This document shows, one piece after another, positions 26,436-40,400 of a stretch of DNA of 64,000 nt. The stretch covers positions 1-64,000 of the forward strand of contig LVLI01000150.1 of the NCBI GenBank assembly GCA_001687465.1, given 5' to 3'. The notes under the pieces were generated by a model. That model made no database searches and was not told the DNA's origin. It saw only the letters and a list, made by a program, of their open reading frames with translations. The translations under genes and the position numbers were made by a program. The stretch comes from Halocafeteria seosinensis. Lineage: Eukaryota. The stretch's first letter is position 1. Each line of letters opens with the position of its first letter.

Positions 26436-28658
26436 ATGGCTCCCAAGAAAGGCTCCAACAAGGCCAATGGAGAGGTAAATAAGAAGCATGCGCACTCTAC
26501 AAAGAAGAAAACAGCTCAGGGTGCTGGCAAGGGAGTGCAATCTAGCACGGGGGAGAAACAGAAGCCAGCAGGTAAACGAGCTCGGGAGGAGGAGACCCAG
26601 AAATCGACGGCCATAAACAGCCATAAAGTGCGTATTCATTGCAATGTTGATTCTCGAAGTGGTAGAAACAAACTGAAAACTAGCTTATGGATGGACGAAT
26701 TGTACCTCTATCCTTTGATGTGCAGAAGGCCAAGAAGGAGGGAGAGAAGACCACACCCAAGCCCAAGAAGGAAGAGGACCCTGCACTCTACGAAGCCAAA
26801 GTAAGGCTACCAACGAGCTGATGCCCTTATACGGTGCAAAGTTTTTACGCGAATGTACCTTGCAGCTCCATTGGAACAAATTGAGAATGAAAAACACTGC
26901 CAAAGAGGAGCGACATCGCCTTATTTCCAAGATTTTCGAAGTACTCGGCGATAAGGTAAGCCTGTGTCACTGCTTGGACGTGCAACCTTGCACGAAGATC
27001 ACAACTAGGCATTTTTTTTTATTTTATTTTATTTTTTATTTTTTTTCGTTACAACCCTACAGCTTGGAAGTGTGGCCATGAAACATGACGCTTCGCGGGT
27101 TATGCAGTCAGTCATGCAACACGGAACGGATGAACAGAGACATACATTGCTCAAGGCGATCGGCTCAAAATTTGTACCTTTGGCAAAGTCGAAGTACGGA
27201 CATCAACTAGTACAAAAATGTCTGCGGTATGGATCAAAGGAGCTAAAAGAAAAAATCCTCCGAGAATTTCGAGGGAACGTCGTAAGGCTAGCGACACACC
27301 ATCTGGGCGCCCTAACTCTTGAAGAGGGATATGTCCACGGTTGGACCTCGAGTCAAGCATGGAGCTTTTATCGGGAATTATACGGCCCAGATATTAATCT
27401 TCTACCGGAAACTTCCGGGGCGGATTCGGGTCGGGAGGAAGTGAGATCTCTGGGGAAAATATTCGAAAAACACCCCGAAGTAAAGAAGGTTACTCTAGAT
27501 CATATGTCACATGTGATACAAAAAGCTGCCAATAAAGCTCTGCTTAGTCTAACATTCCTTCACCGACTGTTACAGGACTACATGGAACATGCTAGTACCA
27601 GCGATAAACGAAAATTTGTTACAAACATCACGGACGCCTCCGTTGCGCTAGTGTCCTCGAAAGCGGGTGCTCGTGCTGTAATATTAGCGTTGGGATACGG
27701 GACCACTAAAGATCGAAAAGCAATTTTACAAACCATTAAACCTCATGCCTTGGAGATGGCTACCCACGATCAGGGACATCTTGTTTTGTTGAAGGCGTTA
27801 GCCTGCGTTGATGATACTGTTTTACTACGAAAATCCGTACTCAAAGGATTTAATCCGGACAAGAAAAACGCAACGGATGAAACTAATCCTCTCCGAAAAT
27901 TATGCATGGATCAGTATGGAAAGAAAGTTCTTCTGTTTCCCTTGGCACCAAACTGTCGCACATATTTTACGCAGTTTGATCTAGAAATGACCAAACATAA
28001 CAGGATAGCAAAGGATGAAGAAAATGGGGATGTGGAGGAGAATCTCGAGTGTACAAGTAAAAAGGATGATCAACTACGGCGGAAAGAATTGCTTGATATA
28101 TTACAACCAATGCTACAGCCTATATGTTTGGCCAACTCCCGATTCCTGATAATGAATCAAAACGGTGGGGACGTGCTCTTGGAAGCTACATGGCAGTGGG
28201 GATTACAAGATGTTGTGGGAGATCTGTGTGAAGCTCTGGGAGAGCAGTTGGCCAACGTGAAGGACAGCAGCGATGCGACTGAAGTCGAAAACTCAACCCC
28301 TCTTTTGCACCATCCCTCTGCACATTTGTTTTTTAAGAGGTTGATTCTGAGAGAAGCCCGAACGGAAGATGAGGAACTACAGCTACCACGGGTAGGAGGC
28401 AAAGAGATGTATCTCGGTGGACAGTATGCAGAAAGGGTGTCTGTTTGTGAGCCGCTGTTTGAACAGATTAAGAAGCATGTTCGCTCCCTACTAAAATCCA
28501 ACAGGGGAGCGTTCCTAATCACTGCTCTGTTAGAGTCTCCACGCATAAGCAAGAAACTTATCAAAATGGTCCCACGGCAGCTCACCCTGGGTGAAAATAC
28601 CCTTGCAGGACAGAAAGTGCTATCCGAAGCTATCACAAAACTACACGGAGGTGCTTGA
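26436..28658 (+). CDS. PUM3: Pumilio homolog 3 / Puf6 nucleolar RNA-binding protein (3 exons)
   Basis: Basic N-terminus; KHDASRVMQ, SKYGHQLVQKCLRYG, CVDDTVLL, YGKKVLLF, SKKD..LRRKELL (CPL region). Confidence 0.92.
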
Positions 28659-29789
28659 AAGGTCGCGAGGTGGATGCATAACACCATATCGCTCACTTTA
28701 CACTCGTAGTAGTTAATCGGAGAGATGAACTCGGTAACCACAAGGAGTCTTCCCATGCTCCGGTAGAAATCCCCTCTGTGTGTGTACTGTATTTGGGGTG
28801 TATTGGTGTGTGTGTGTGTGTATGCATTGATTGTGCGCAGTCCATTTACCTTTGCTCTGACTGGAACAATATTGTAACACAACCGACAACAACTTACCTA
28901 CGATAAGCAAACAATGGCGTTCAAGCCATAGCTACATTTACCATGGAGACTGACTATGTGTGCGGGGCAGCACCACGGTGTTCAGACACCTATCATCTGC
29001 GGAATTGTATCAGATCAAAGCAAGAGATAATTCAACGAATTACAAAAATAAGCATCAAAAGGTTGTATGACGGGGGAGTGACGAATTTCTCCAATGGGAA
29101 TGGGGGGAAACTCGCTAATAACCCTTCATCCCCCACGAAGGAGGGTCTCTATGCGCATTGCTGTTGAACCAAGAAGACACACAGCAAGTCCTCTTCTGGC
29201 TTGGATGGCGTAATTAGAAGCAATGCGGTATGAAAGTCACATTATACACGGACACTTACCCCAATTACAGGAAGAGCTAGCTGGGTGGTGTCAGTGGAGT
29301 CACGTCACATCCGCTCCCATCCATTCAAGGGAGGGAACACATGCGAATGTGCGAATGGCTTTCCAGCCATCCTCCTTTCTTTGTTCGACTCAAAATATTG
29401 TTGAGTGTCAAACCACCTTCATGTGATAAACTACGGCCCGTCTACGGGTCGACGTTCGGACAAGCCCGGCTTGTCAAGCCGTCGCAACGCCGGTCGCAGT
29501 CGCAGACCCGTCGGACGATGTCCCCTAGCATTGTATAACGGGGTAGAAATTGGACAGTGAACAAGATGAAGGATAGTACCAAAACGACGTGTGTACGGAA
29601 AATCAAAAGATATGCGGCAGGCTTATGTCTTTTAACGAGCAAGAGACTACATGATAGTCTGAGTCTGGTCCGCATCATTTGGTCGACAAGGCGGACTCAT
29701 CGACAACGCCGACCAATCGCTTCGTTAGTTTGTATCTTGTGCGTCGCGTGCGTGGAATGTGTTGTCCTCGAAGGCTTCCCCGGACGACA

Positions 29790-30110
29790 GCTATACAGTG
29801 TAGAGGTTCCACGACCAAGCCACATGTACCAGTATGTACAAAAAGTCTGGGAAGAACTCTACATATATTTTTACTCCCACTCTGTCCACCCCGAGGACGT
29901 TCTTCGCTCCGCTCCACCGCGAATTCTCCGCGATGTGCTATCTATGGAGGGATATAGCGAAAGATATGATGGTACTTTGCGCGGTAGGATCCCTTGCTGC
30001 TTTTGATGTAATGTTGATCCGTTCGGAGAGAATGAAGCCGATATAGGATGGACAAAGAGTTCTCATCGAGTTGTAGTTGTCATTAAAGCAAAGTTGCTAG
30101 TAACGAAATA
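29790..30110 (+). pseudogene. Possible decayed restriction-endonuclease-fold gene fragment
   Basis: Reading through the TGA at 30004 gives FGENEADIGWTKSSHRVVVVIKAK, a PD-(D/E)xK-like layout with the ExK glutamate replaced by K; further stops follow. Confidence 0.3.
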
Positions 30111-31410
30111 GAGGACGAACGAACTTCACGACATCGTCGACGACCATATCCATGGGGACCGTGAATTGCCACTTTGATATCCCATACAGCAGACATACGT
30201 ACTCGAAGGCGTTGGCGAACTCGCGCCCCAGAGTTTAAACAACGCATCTTTCTGCTCCTTTGTCCAGTATACAATTCGCTTCTCGGTAACCGAATTCGGT
30301 GTAGGGGCATTCCCAACTGTAATCGAAACAAAGCGGGGAACTCTAGCAGCGTATTAGCAAATACGTTGCGCAGCCAACCGTACATCGGCTTCTTCGAACG
30401 TCCGTGCTCCGAACCGTCTCTGCAGAAGCACACGTACATCATCTTCACCAAAAGTCCCGATCCGTGAAGGTTGTGCTATGGTCGGAAATTGGAACTTTCT
30501 TCCCGAAGTCATGAATTCGGCTTAAATCTTCCGACTTACTGCTCATACAGTAATGGGAGCCGCGGGAACCCAACAACGCAAACGCCATCGCTGGGAAGAG
30601 TGAATTTTAAGAACTCCACGAAGCCTTCAAGCGGCCTCAAAGGATAATGCTGAGGCATAACATCGTGGGATCAGCAAAGCTGCGTCTCTTTTAACCAGTA
30701 TACCGGAGTTAACCGGCTTCTGAAAATGTTGTGAAGGCTTAGCTACGTCTGTGTACAATTCTCACACTAATTGCCGGAGTAGTATACGTACTGAACATGT
30801 GACTTGACTATTTCCTCGCTACAGCTTTCTTTACCCAGCAGAACATCATACAACCTATGCATAATTCTTAAAATTTCAGTCTAAAACAAAACATTAAAAG
30901 TTAAAGAATGACAACAGTAATATCTCCATAACCTCGAAGAGTTCGTACGAAGCTACATTCATATACGTATGTGGATTTAGCTCTGTGGGCATTAACTAAA
31001 CAAAAGAGTATACGCCTTTGCAGACTACCACTCGAGGATACTCATCTAGATTCGATCAATTACGTACCCCGGACTTGTTAATGGTATGAGAAAAGTAGCT
31101 GCTGATATTCTTGAATGCTAAAGAGCGTACGATAGTTTTTCGACCACCAACTTGTGGAATCTTCGTGGAACTGGGGTGGATTGGTATACACCCAAGCCCG
31201 TCATGTAATATAAGAAAGGTGTTTGTCCATTGATATTCTGGAATGCTGAAGTATGTAGAATGGTTAATCAACCAGATGCTTTTGGAATCATTGCAGTGTC
31301 CATGGCGTGAGTACAATAGGTGTCCTGTTCGAAATCCCTACCAATGGACTGTGAACCCATTAGCAAGGAGCACGCAGATGAGGATGGCAACATGCAACTT
31401 CGAACTTAAC

Positions 31411-34400
31411 TCATGCATGCTCAACAGTTACTTCATCAACTGCGCCATCGGGTGTAACCGAAGCTTTACTCCTCATGGGCCCGGTGGCACCATTATCAAC
31501 TTTCTGCTGACGGTTTCGGAGTAAGAAAAAGACTAATGCCGCACCAACTAAAGCTACAATAGCAACCGACATTCCGATCATGGTGTAGGCCAGGTCACTC
31601 ATAGAGCTTTGTGAGCTACCCGAAGACGTGCTTTGATCCTTCGACTGAACAATTGCGAAAAGAGTAAAATGGCATTGCTTCCATTGCAAAACACTAGACG
31701 TGGGGCGGTACATTGCTTGGGGCTCACTAGATGGACACCAACTTTCTGCGCTTCTCCATGTCCTGCTTGCCTGGTCATAGTTTAATACCATTACACTGGA
31801 CCCAGGGATATTCATCTTCTCGTTCCATTCGATAGACATTTCAATCGGGCTCTGTGGTTGCATAGTGACATTTCCAATCACATCATTCTCCGCCGCGAGC
31901 AATTGCACCGCAAACTGATAACCAAGTGCTTCATATTGCTGTGGTAACTTGTTCTGAGAAGCCACTGAACCAGCTTCTTCTATTTGCAGGGCACCCGGAG
32001 CTGGTAAAGCGTCGGTAGAGAACGAAATAGCAAGTTCCAAAGGAGCACGGTCTCCTTGGTCGCTAAACACTAACGCTCCTCCAAGGTTAATCTCACGTCG
32101 AGTGCTGCTATCCAGAATCCCTGTCGAAGTGCTACCCAACCTGTAAGAGTATGTCGTGTTAGAGAAGAGACCAAAGGTATTCCGTGCTTGCAAAGTCACA
32201 AACAGGTGGCCACCCAAACCTATGGGAGCACCTGGCATCTCTACGTGGACCGGATCAGTTGTGTGGAATTCTACTGGTATCCAACCGGTAAGGTTGGCGG
32301 AACCAGGATGCAAGCCAATTCCTACTTCCTGTGCCATGAAAGGTGACATATCGCGTGAAGAATAACCATCGATATCTTCCTTGTAAGGTAGTAATACCAC
32401 TGAAACATTCGGTTCGGAAGATGACCATGACGTGGACACAGTCATGATTCTTCCGTCACTCGGAGGGGTAGTGTCTACGAAGAGCACTTCCACTTCTTTA
32501 GTTTCTGCCGTAGAGTATGCGATCCGCCGTTCCGAAACGCTACTAGACTCCACTGCGTATGAATACGAAGCTATTTGTATCTTACCGTAGAAGCTCTCTG
32601 GGAAATACAATTGAAGTGTGAGCTCGCCCTTAGTTTTTCCAACGACCAGATGCAATTCTTCTTCTTCTGCTATGAAAACACTGCTTTGCTTAGCATGTTC
32701 TAAAACGGACGAAGGCGAACTTCCTTTCTTGGAGGGAATTAAAGTAGAAGAGTTCAGCTCGAGGATACTACACTCTGTTCCTGCGGGAAGCTCGGAAAAG
32801 ACCACTCCTAAAGTTTCACTACCATCTGTGTCTTGCAGTTCTGCAGAAAAATCAAGAGACACCACTTGGAACTGTTCTGTAGTTAAAACACTTCCTGGTC
32901 TTGCGAACGAGAAGGAAGGTCTATTGGCCACAGGGAACACAAATGCGCTAATTGCTTCCGAATTTATTATGTCACTCCGCTTCAAGTTGATTGATTCTTC
33001 TGTGTACCCAGTTACAAAGACACTAAACGTTCCGCTCACGTAGTCCGGAGGTCGAATCTCTAGTGTCACATTTCTAGATTTCCCAATAGACGATGTACTG
33101 GCGACCAGACTGCTACCGTCCTCACTAATTACGGATCCTGGTATGGAGCTTTGGGAGAGCTTAAATGACATATCTTCTGAAACAACACTGAGATGCAAAC
33201 TCTCCGAACCGTCATAGTCCGTCAGTTGAATGTCCAGTGGGATAGTTAACGCACTGCTCTCGTTAGTCTCCGCACGATTACCAAGTATTGACAGTCTCGG
33301 AGCATCTGGAAGTGCAGACACTTTCGCTTCCAATCTCAACGTCGTTGAAGCTGTATCGACTGTTTCTTTCTCCATGGACGATAAAACAAACTCAAGTGTC
33401 GCAACTCCATGCCAATTATCTTTTGGCATTAACTTTACGACACCAGCACTCTGATTAAGTTGCTGCAAATTGATTGCAGCGTCATAGTCCGCACACGATG
33501 GGACGGGGGTTAGCAAGGCGAGATCAAGTGTCGCTCTCGAATTTTGGAGCCCACCTACACAGAGGTACGGTAATAGTTTTTCCGATCCACTTATATCCGT
33601 TAAACTATATTCCAGTCCTAGTTGTATTACTTCATCTTCTCGCGCATGTACAACCGCAGGGTCGTCGGCGTGTGTCAGGTTGTGTGTAGCAGACGTAAAT
33701 GAGAGCTGAGGCTTGTCGGGAACGGGGATAACATCGTTACACTCTCGTGACGATGATTCATGGGTAAACTGGTCTATGGCAAACTTTACGTTTACAGACA
33801 TACATAGGGGAGAAGAACTGTCTACCGGTAGCCGTACAGAGACTTCTCCATTAATACTTCTGACAAAATCGCGGAAAGGAACCATCATACAACCTTCGAT
33901 ATTTGTTTCCCCCGAGCACTTCGTCGCATGGGGTAAGTTTGTAATTGTGAGATTGTCAAATGAATATTGTCCCGTCGGCAGACTGAGAATAAGCAATACT
34001 TGAACAAACTCGCTCGGCACTTCTGGCAGTGTGACTCGAATCGGAGCAGGTAGATCCTCTTTCAACTTGTCTAGTGCTGTTATTGTAGGAACAATTGTTC
34101 GAATGTTGATCGGAATCGAGACCGATACGAGGTTCAAATCGCCGTTTTCCTTTTCGTAAGAGAAAGCCGATAAATTAAGCGTAAAGTTGCGATCGAGCCC
34201 ACCGGTATCAACTAAAGCGAAACGATCCAGGGACATCATAGCAACGTCTTCAGTGGAGTCCGTAGAATCCAATCGATGAGTATACACTCGAACATTCTCC
34301 TCGCTTACACGTTGCAAGAAGCTCGAGCACGGGTGGACATTTGAATTCAAGGGTACGTTAAGAATGGAACCGCGGGAAGTTTCGTTGTCATCCTCATTGC

Positions 34401-37400
34401 CTAGAATGAGAGAATGTCCACCGTGCCGGTCGATAATATCCACACTTGGGGGCAGTTCTTGAAACAACAAGCAATGTGTCTCAGAGCCATCTTGGTCTGG
34501 GAATTGAACTTCTCCTGCCAGCTCATGCGGTAAATTAGGCAGACCTTCGAGAACAGAATCCGACATGCTGGAGCTTATCCGGGCGGCCGTCGCTGTAGGC
34601 TCAATGTGGAGGATTAGCGTACGAAGCCAGTGGTTTTCGGCAACCTCTCCAGTGTCCAACTCCATTGCCTGGGCTTTAAACCGAGCTTGAATGCGCCCCG
34701 AGACGTACGGTTTCGGCGCGAGCCATACTCCAAGCATACTCGTTTCTGAGTAGAAAGACTTCCAAGCCAACGTAGTGTTGCCCGAAGAGGAGTTAGTCTC
34801 GATAATGAAGTTCTCTGCAGTCATCCATTCCTCCATTCCAGAATATTCCATTTCAACATACACAAAAAGAGCTTCGCTGCCATCTTTATCTCGGAGGGAA
34901 GCGTTTAGAGGTACATACAGTTTTTGGCCTTCAGCGGCGGCTACATGCAACTCTTCGGGTGCGTAGGTCACAATGGGAGGTTTCATTATCGATTGTGCCG
35001 GTAAAGCCTGTGTATCAAAATCCGTCGATGGACCAATATTCAGCCACGGCTCATCGGGGACACTTTCAACCTCCACAACAAGCTCCTCCATCGAGGTTGC
35101 AAATATTGTGGTGTTTTCACGTCTGCTATGCCCTTCCAGAATCAAACTGAAGTTTCCAGCCCAATGTGAAGGTGGAGTGAACGACATTTCGGAAATTACG
35201 CTGTCTGTTCTCCGGCGATCCTCTGCAGCCAATATCTTCGCCGAATTTTGAGATATCTGTTCAATTCCCATAAAATGACTCACAGCCGCTTCGGGCGTAA
35301 ATCCTTCGGGTAATCCTCGGTAGCCGACTATCAAACTTGTCTGTTCGCGATCGGGCCACCGACTGGCAAGCAGCACGTCGAGCCTCAGTACGGAGCTTTC
35401 TCTAATGGTGACCGTATTGCTACTCTTAGATTCTGAAAAAGAACGTAAGCGCGGCTTCTTTGCTGCAGGGGTAAACTTGCTGCAACTCGTTCCAAAAAAT
35501 TCGTGGAAACAGGAACAAACACCTGCAACACATTTTCCGCCAATGTCGTCTTCCTCCATTTGTTCGAGCAAGAAACCTTCATCGAAGTCTAGAGCAGTAA
35601 TGCCGCCTCTATTTCTCAACGAACAGTCGCACGGACATGAGGATGCTTCCTCCAGTACCAGGCGAACAAACTTTGCTCCTGGAAGCCTCTCCGTGTGACC
35701 CACTCGATCCCTTGCTATGGAGAAAAGTTGCCAGCTGCAGCCTTCTCCTACCTCCAAGCGCTTCATGTCGAAAATAGCCAAACCTTCTTCTTCAACCTTG
35801 ATAATATGATGGGGCTCATCAGAGACTCTATCTAGTGTTTGCTCATTTTCGCACACAGGAACCCCCATGATATCTACCCATGATAAGCCTGAACCGCGAT
35901 CCGAGGTCCTAATGTAAAGCACAACTTGCTGAGTATCTGATGGTAGTCTTGTTTCGCCGGAAGTCCAAGATGACAACGTTCTGCTACTGTTCAGCGTTGA
36001 TGCGTTTAGTCCAGTTTGAGGAGCCTCCGGACCTCTGACCAGTAGAGACGAAACAGGCGATGAAGCGTCAACAAGGTTGGTCCAAGGAGCCGTAGCGATA
36101 GGTTCTTCTTCGTCAAAAACAATTGCTGCGGAAACTGATATCTCAAACTCCGTTTCTAGAGGCGGTATTTCCCGGGTTTGGATAGAAAATTCCACGAATC
36201 CTTCGCCTACGCCTGTATCATTGTAGTTTGGAGGCAAGAAACCATTCATTGGTCCCAACGGAGAAGCACCTGTTTGCTTGTCAATAGAGCGGAAAGTAAA
36301 GAAGAACTCTTCTTTGCTTATATCTGCCCCTCCTGATACATCTACATGAAGACCGTTGACGAAAGATGGATCCAATGGCCAGTCGTCTTCGTAAGTCAGT
36401 CGCCGGTGCACCGTACTGCTGGGATATTGCTCATCAAATTGTTTATTTCCGAAGCCGTATTTTCGTATTCTCAAGGAGGGTAAGAAGAGACCAGTACCGT
36501 TCATGTGCACCCGAACGTTCACGTTTTTCGCTGGCGCAGATGCTTTTTCTTCCGAGTTTTCAAAACGGATCCTATAGGTTGGAGCGTGCTCATGAGATAC
36601 CCAACGAAGAGATCCTATTCCCTGAGGACCCACAATGTCGTTCGGATCAAAAGGGGCGACGCCTTCAGTTCTTTTGGTTGCTGGCACGAACTCTCCCTCT
36701 TCATTCTTTAACCTCTCTTCTTTCTCCCTCTCTAATTCCACTTTACTCGACTCCCCCTTTTCTTCGTCCAGTGACTCCTCTATCGCCTTCAGCCCCTGCT
36801 CCACCTCGTCGTGGTATTCAACAAGTTTATCGATTAACTGAACAGCCCCATAACAAAATGGTTTATAATAAAGGGGACATAATGCTGTAACCGTTCTGGA
36901 TATCATTTTCATACCCATCTTCTTCAAGGCCGACTGAGCGATGCAACCTGCGGAATTCTCAAGATAGTTGTTGAATTTGTCGCAGCCTCCAGTCACGAGG
37001 TCTCCAAGCGCACTGAAGGTGGACCACCAACCGTCATCCGTAATGCCACAATTGGAAAGCAGGTTTTTAAAGAAACACGGGTCTCTACTCAAACAATCGA
37101 ATGCGATTGCCTTTAGGTTAGTCTTTCCTCCGCTACTCCGTCGACTACGTCTCCGCCTGGATTTCCTGTCTTCTTGACGCCGGGATTCCCTGTCTTTTCG
37201 AATTTCATTAGCTTCGGAACCTATTTCCTTTTCAAGTTCAGTTTTTGTACTAAAGAATGATAGCATTGAGTCGCAAACGGCCTCACCACCGGTGTCAGTA
37301 GCGGTCTTCTTCTGTGTACCACTAGCGTCTTCCATGTGTCGAGTCGAAGAAAGCATCCGTCTGCCACCGTCTACAGGCGCTGAGTCTTCATATATAATGT

Positions 37401-40400
37401 CCAGTATACGACTTGCCCACTTAGGTGTTTCATGGTCCACACAATCCACAACGGAGGACGTCGGGATTCCACATGTTGCATTTTTCAGTCTAGTGATTCC
37501 GTTTTTAAGATTGCATATATCGGTTCTGCACCCCGGTTGCAACGGAAGTCGTGGGTTAAACACAATGGAGTGGCGAGGTAATGAAGAAAACGCAATATCG
37601 TCATCCTCTTCATACGTAAATACATCAGCAAATGTTTTGAGGTAAACGACTTCTCCAATACACTGTTGGAATCTGGATAAACTTGATGAGGGCTCACTAA
37701 AGCCTGTTGTAAGAGGGTTAATCGCCACGACCTGTGCAGCACCTTCAGATCCCATTCCACAGGCTGCCTTCAACGCCACCCGCGCACCCAGATTATCTCC
37801 GATAAAGTGAGTTTGTTCAGGGCTAACGCCCATCTGGTGAAGCTTTTGGACCACAATCTTAGCAACTTCACCCGTCAAAGCAGCAGCGTCATAGTATAAT
37901 GGGTCCCTCGTTATTTCTCTCCAGTCTACGCTGATAAGATTTACTTTGTATCCGGACAAAAGATGATAGGGCTCAACGTAATGTTCCAGCAACTCCAACA
38001 TTTCGTCTTCAGTATCCCACAGTCCATGGATTCCCACATAGGTAGGAATGGTTGGATCTAGGATACCTTTAGATACGAGATTCAAGCGCGTATTCTGCTC
38101 GGCAAACTGCGTAGTACGTGGTATACGACGGAGACAAGATGCAACAGACTCCAAGGAGCTTCCTCCGGAATAGTCCAAACAACCACTAAAATTTCCGATA
38201 TGAGGGAGCTCCGCTTCTTCCATGTACCTCGATTCAGTGGCCATCAAACTTAGGTACGGAAGGAACATTAAGTCGGTCATAATCGAAGAGTGTGTTTCAG
38301 GTGCCCGCAGCTCGGGGTACACAAAAGTAAAAGCTCTAAGGCTATCGTGCAAGCTTTTCATGTGAGTTCCAAACCAAGCAAGGCTCTCATTTCCCAGGAA
38401 ATCCTCGCGATAACTGGGAAACACACTGGCAATCTCATTCCATTCGATAGGTGGTCCAGGAATCATTGTATCCAGCCGAATGGCAGACAAGGGTAGTTGG
38501 TTGCGGTTTGCACCATCTCTCCATGGTGATGCAACATAAAATCGTCGTCTCGCAACTCCACCTGGACGAAGGATTCCTGGGGGACCGAACGCTTCGTGCA
38601 TCAGTAAGACGAGCGAAATCTGCTCACCACTGTCCATGTCCTCCACACTTTCACCCAAATTGTTTCCATTGCTGTCCAACTGCAGCATGGGCAAAGGCTC
38701 GTCTTGAAGACCACGGTTCTCACAAACCAAAGAGCCTTTCACGTAGTCATTGCGCCGGTCTACTTGACTTGGTGCTTCGATGGAGCAATTCAGTTTCGCT
38801 CCACTCTTTATCGTCTCATTTTTGACCACTTGCAAGCCGTTTCTAAATAGGGCATCCTCGATAATATTTTCCTCTTTAAAGACATAAGAACCATCAGTAG
38901 TGTTGGCACTCGTGGCCCACACTTGTATGTCATATGTTCCTGGGGTTAGGCCGTTTAAGTCAAACCTGGCATAGAGTACAGTTTCAGACCCAATGTACAT
39001 TTTGTCAGCTGGAAGTTGGAAACTCCTTTCTCCGACACTGCTGCGGATGCACGTTCTAATCCGTTTAGCTGAGTAGAGGTTAAACCCTTCTCCGAACAGT
39101 TTTACTGTAAAGTCGCCCCCATTACCAGCTCTTGAATTCCCAATTGCTTTAATGCGAAGCTTAGATTCGCGAGCGAGAATACTGACTGGTCCGGAGTCCT
39201 TTGAAGATGCAATTTGAACCGGGGAAACACGAGCAAAATGACCAAAGAGACCCTTGTGATGCAACTGTCTTTCAACAGTCTCTGGAAAAGGCGTAAGCGG
39301 TATGACCTGGTCTGATGTATCTCCTCCTATCGTTGGAATTTCCCCTTCTGCAACGTTAGCCTGAGAAATTCCAAATTTTGAATAAGCGGCGGATGTGTGG
39401 TTGGTTTCCTGTACTTCTACAATTACTGGCCCTTTAGCAACAGACGAGTTCGCGGACACAACTTCGAACACAAGGTCTTGCGATGACGAGATACTCCCGA
39501 CCCAAGGTACACTGTTGAACGGTAACTCTCTGTGGCGAATTTCCACAAGATCGGAGGACTGTACCACGGTATTCTGTTCAGAGGCGAGCTTCAGAGCGCC
39601 AACCTCCTGTGCACGAACCTCTACACGATATGCTCCGGATTCAGCCTCCAAAGGCACAGAGGCTACGGTGGAAAGCCAACCTGCTCCCGAAGACACTCTC
39701 GTACATTCCCTTGATAGTGTTAAGTCTCTTGGTACGGGAAAACCCATCCTTGCCGCTGTACCAACGAGAGAAAACTCGTAACATAGTATCAGTGACTCCT
39801 GGGATTCCTCGGCATGAGTAATATTAAATTCCCATGAGACTTGTATCCTTCGCGTGCCAGAGTCCTCGCCCATGTCGATTTTGAAATGGGAAAGCACCTT
39901 TAAGTCGAATAGAGAGACATGGACTAAGGGAGGCTTCGTCAGTCGTACGGCATAAGGCGCAGAGTCTGCGCTCGGGACTGGTACAGACCGCGTAGACTTG
40001 CCCAAAGATGCTCGCGCAACTATGTTCCGTAGCCCCACAAGGAGCCGAGGTGCTGCAAGAGGATTTGTGAACACACGACGGGTAGTGTTTGAGCATCCGG
40101 CTGTACCTGCTTCCAAGCTGACCGTGAATGATCCCAAGAATAAGTCATCAACGGAGTAACTTTCATCCTCCGAGAGACGAGTCCTTATTTGAAAGCTCAG
40201 ACGTCCCGGTTGTAGAATACCACGACGATTAGTACCTAAAACAAATGCACTTTCGGGATTGCATAAATCGAAAGGGACTTGGGCGCCTACCGAAAGTGCC
40301 AGAACAAGCGACTGTGCTCGATTCCACTTCCGATTTTCATTGGGAGTTAAGCTCCAGGTGTTGACAACATTTGAACCTTCTTTAACCGCTGCTTCTTCCA

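Noticed and set aside
27011..27046. T-rich tract, and (GT)n runs near 25860 and 28806
   Set aside because: Ordinary intronic polypyrimidine tract and microsatellites lacking the retroposon body.
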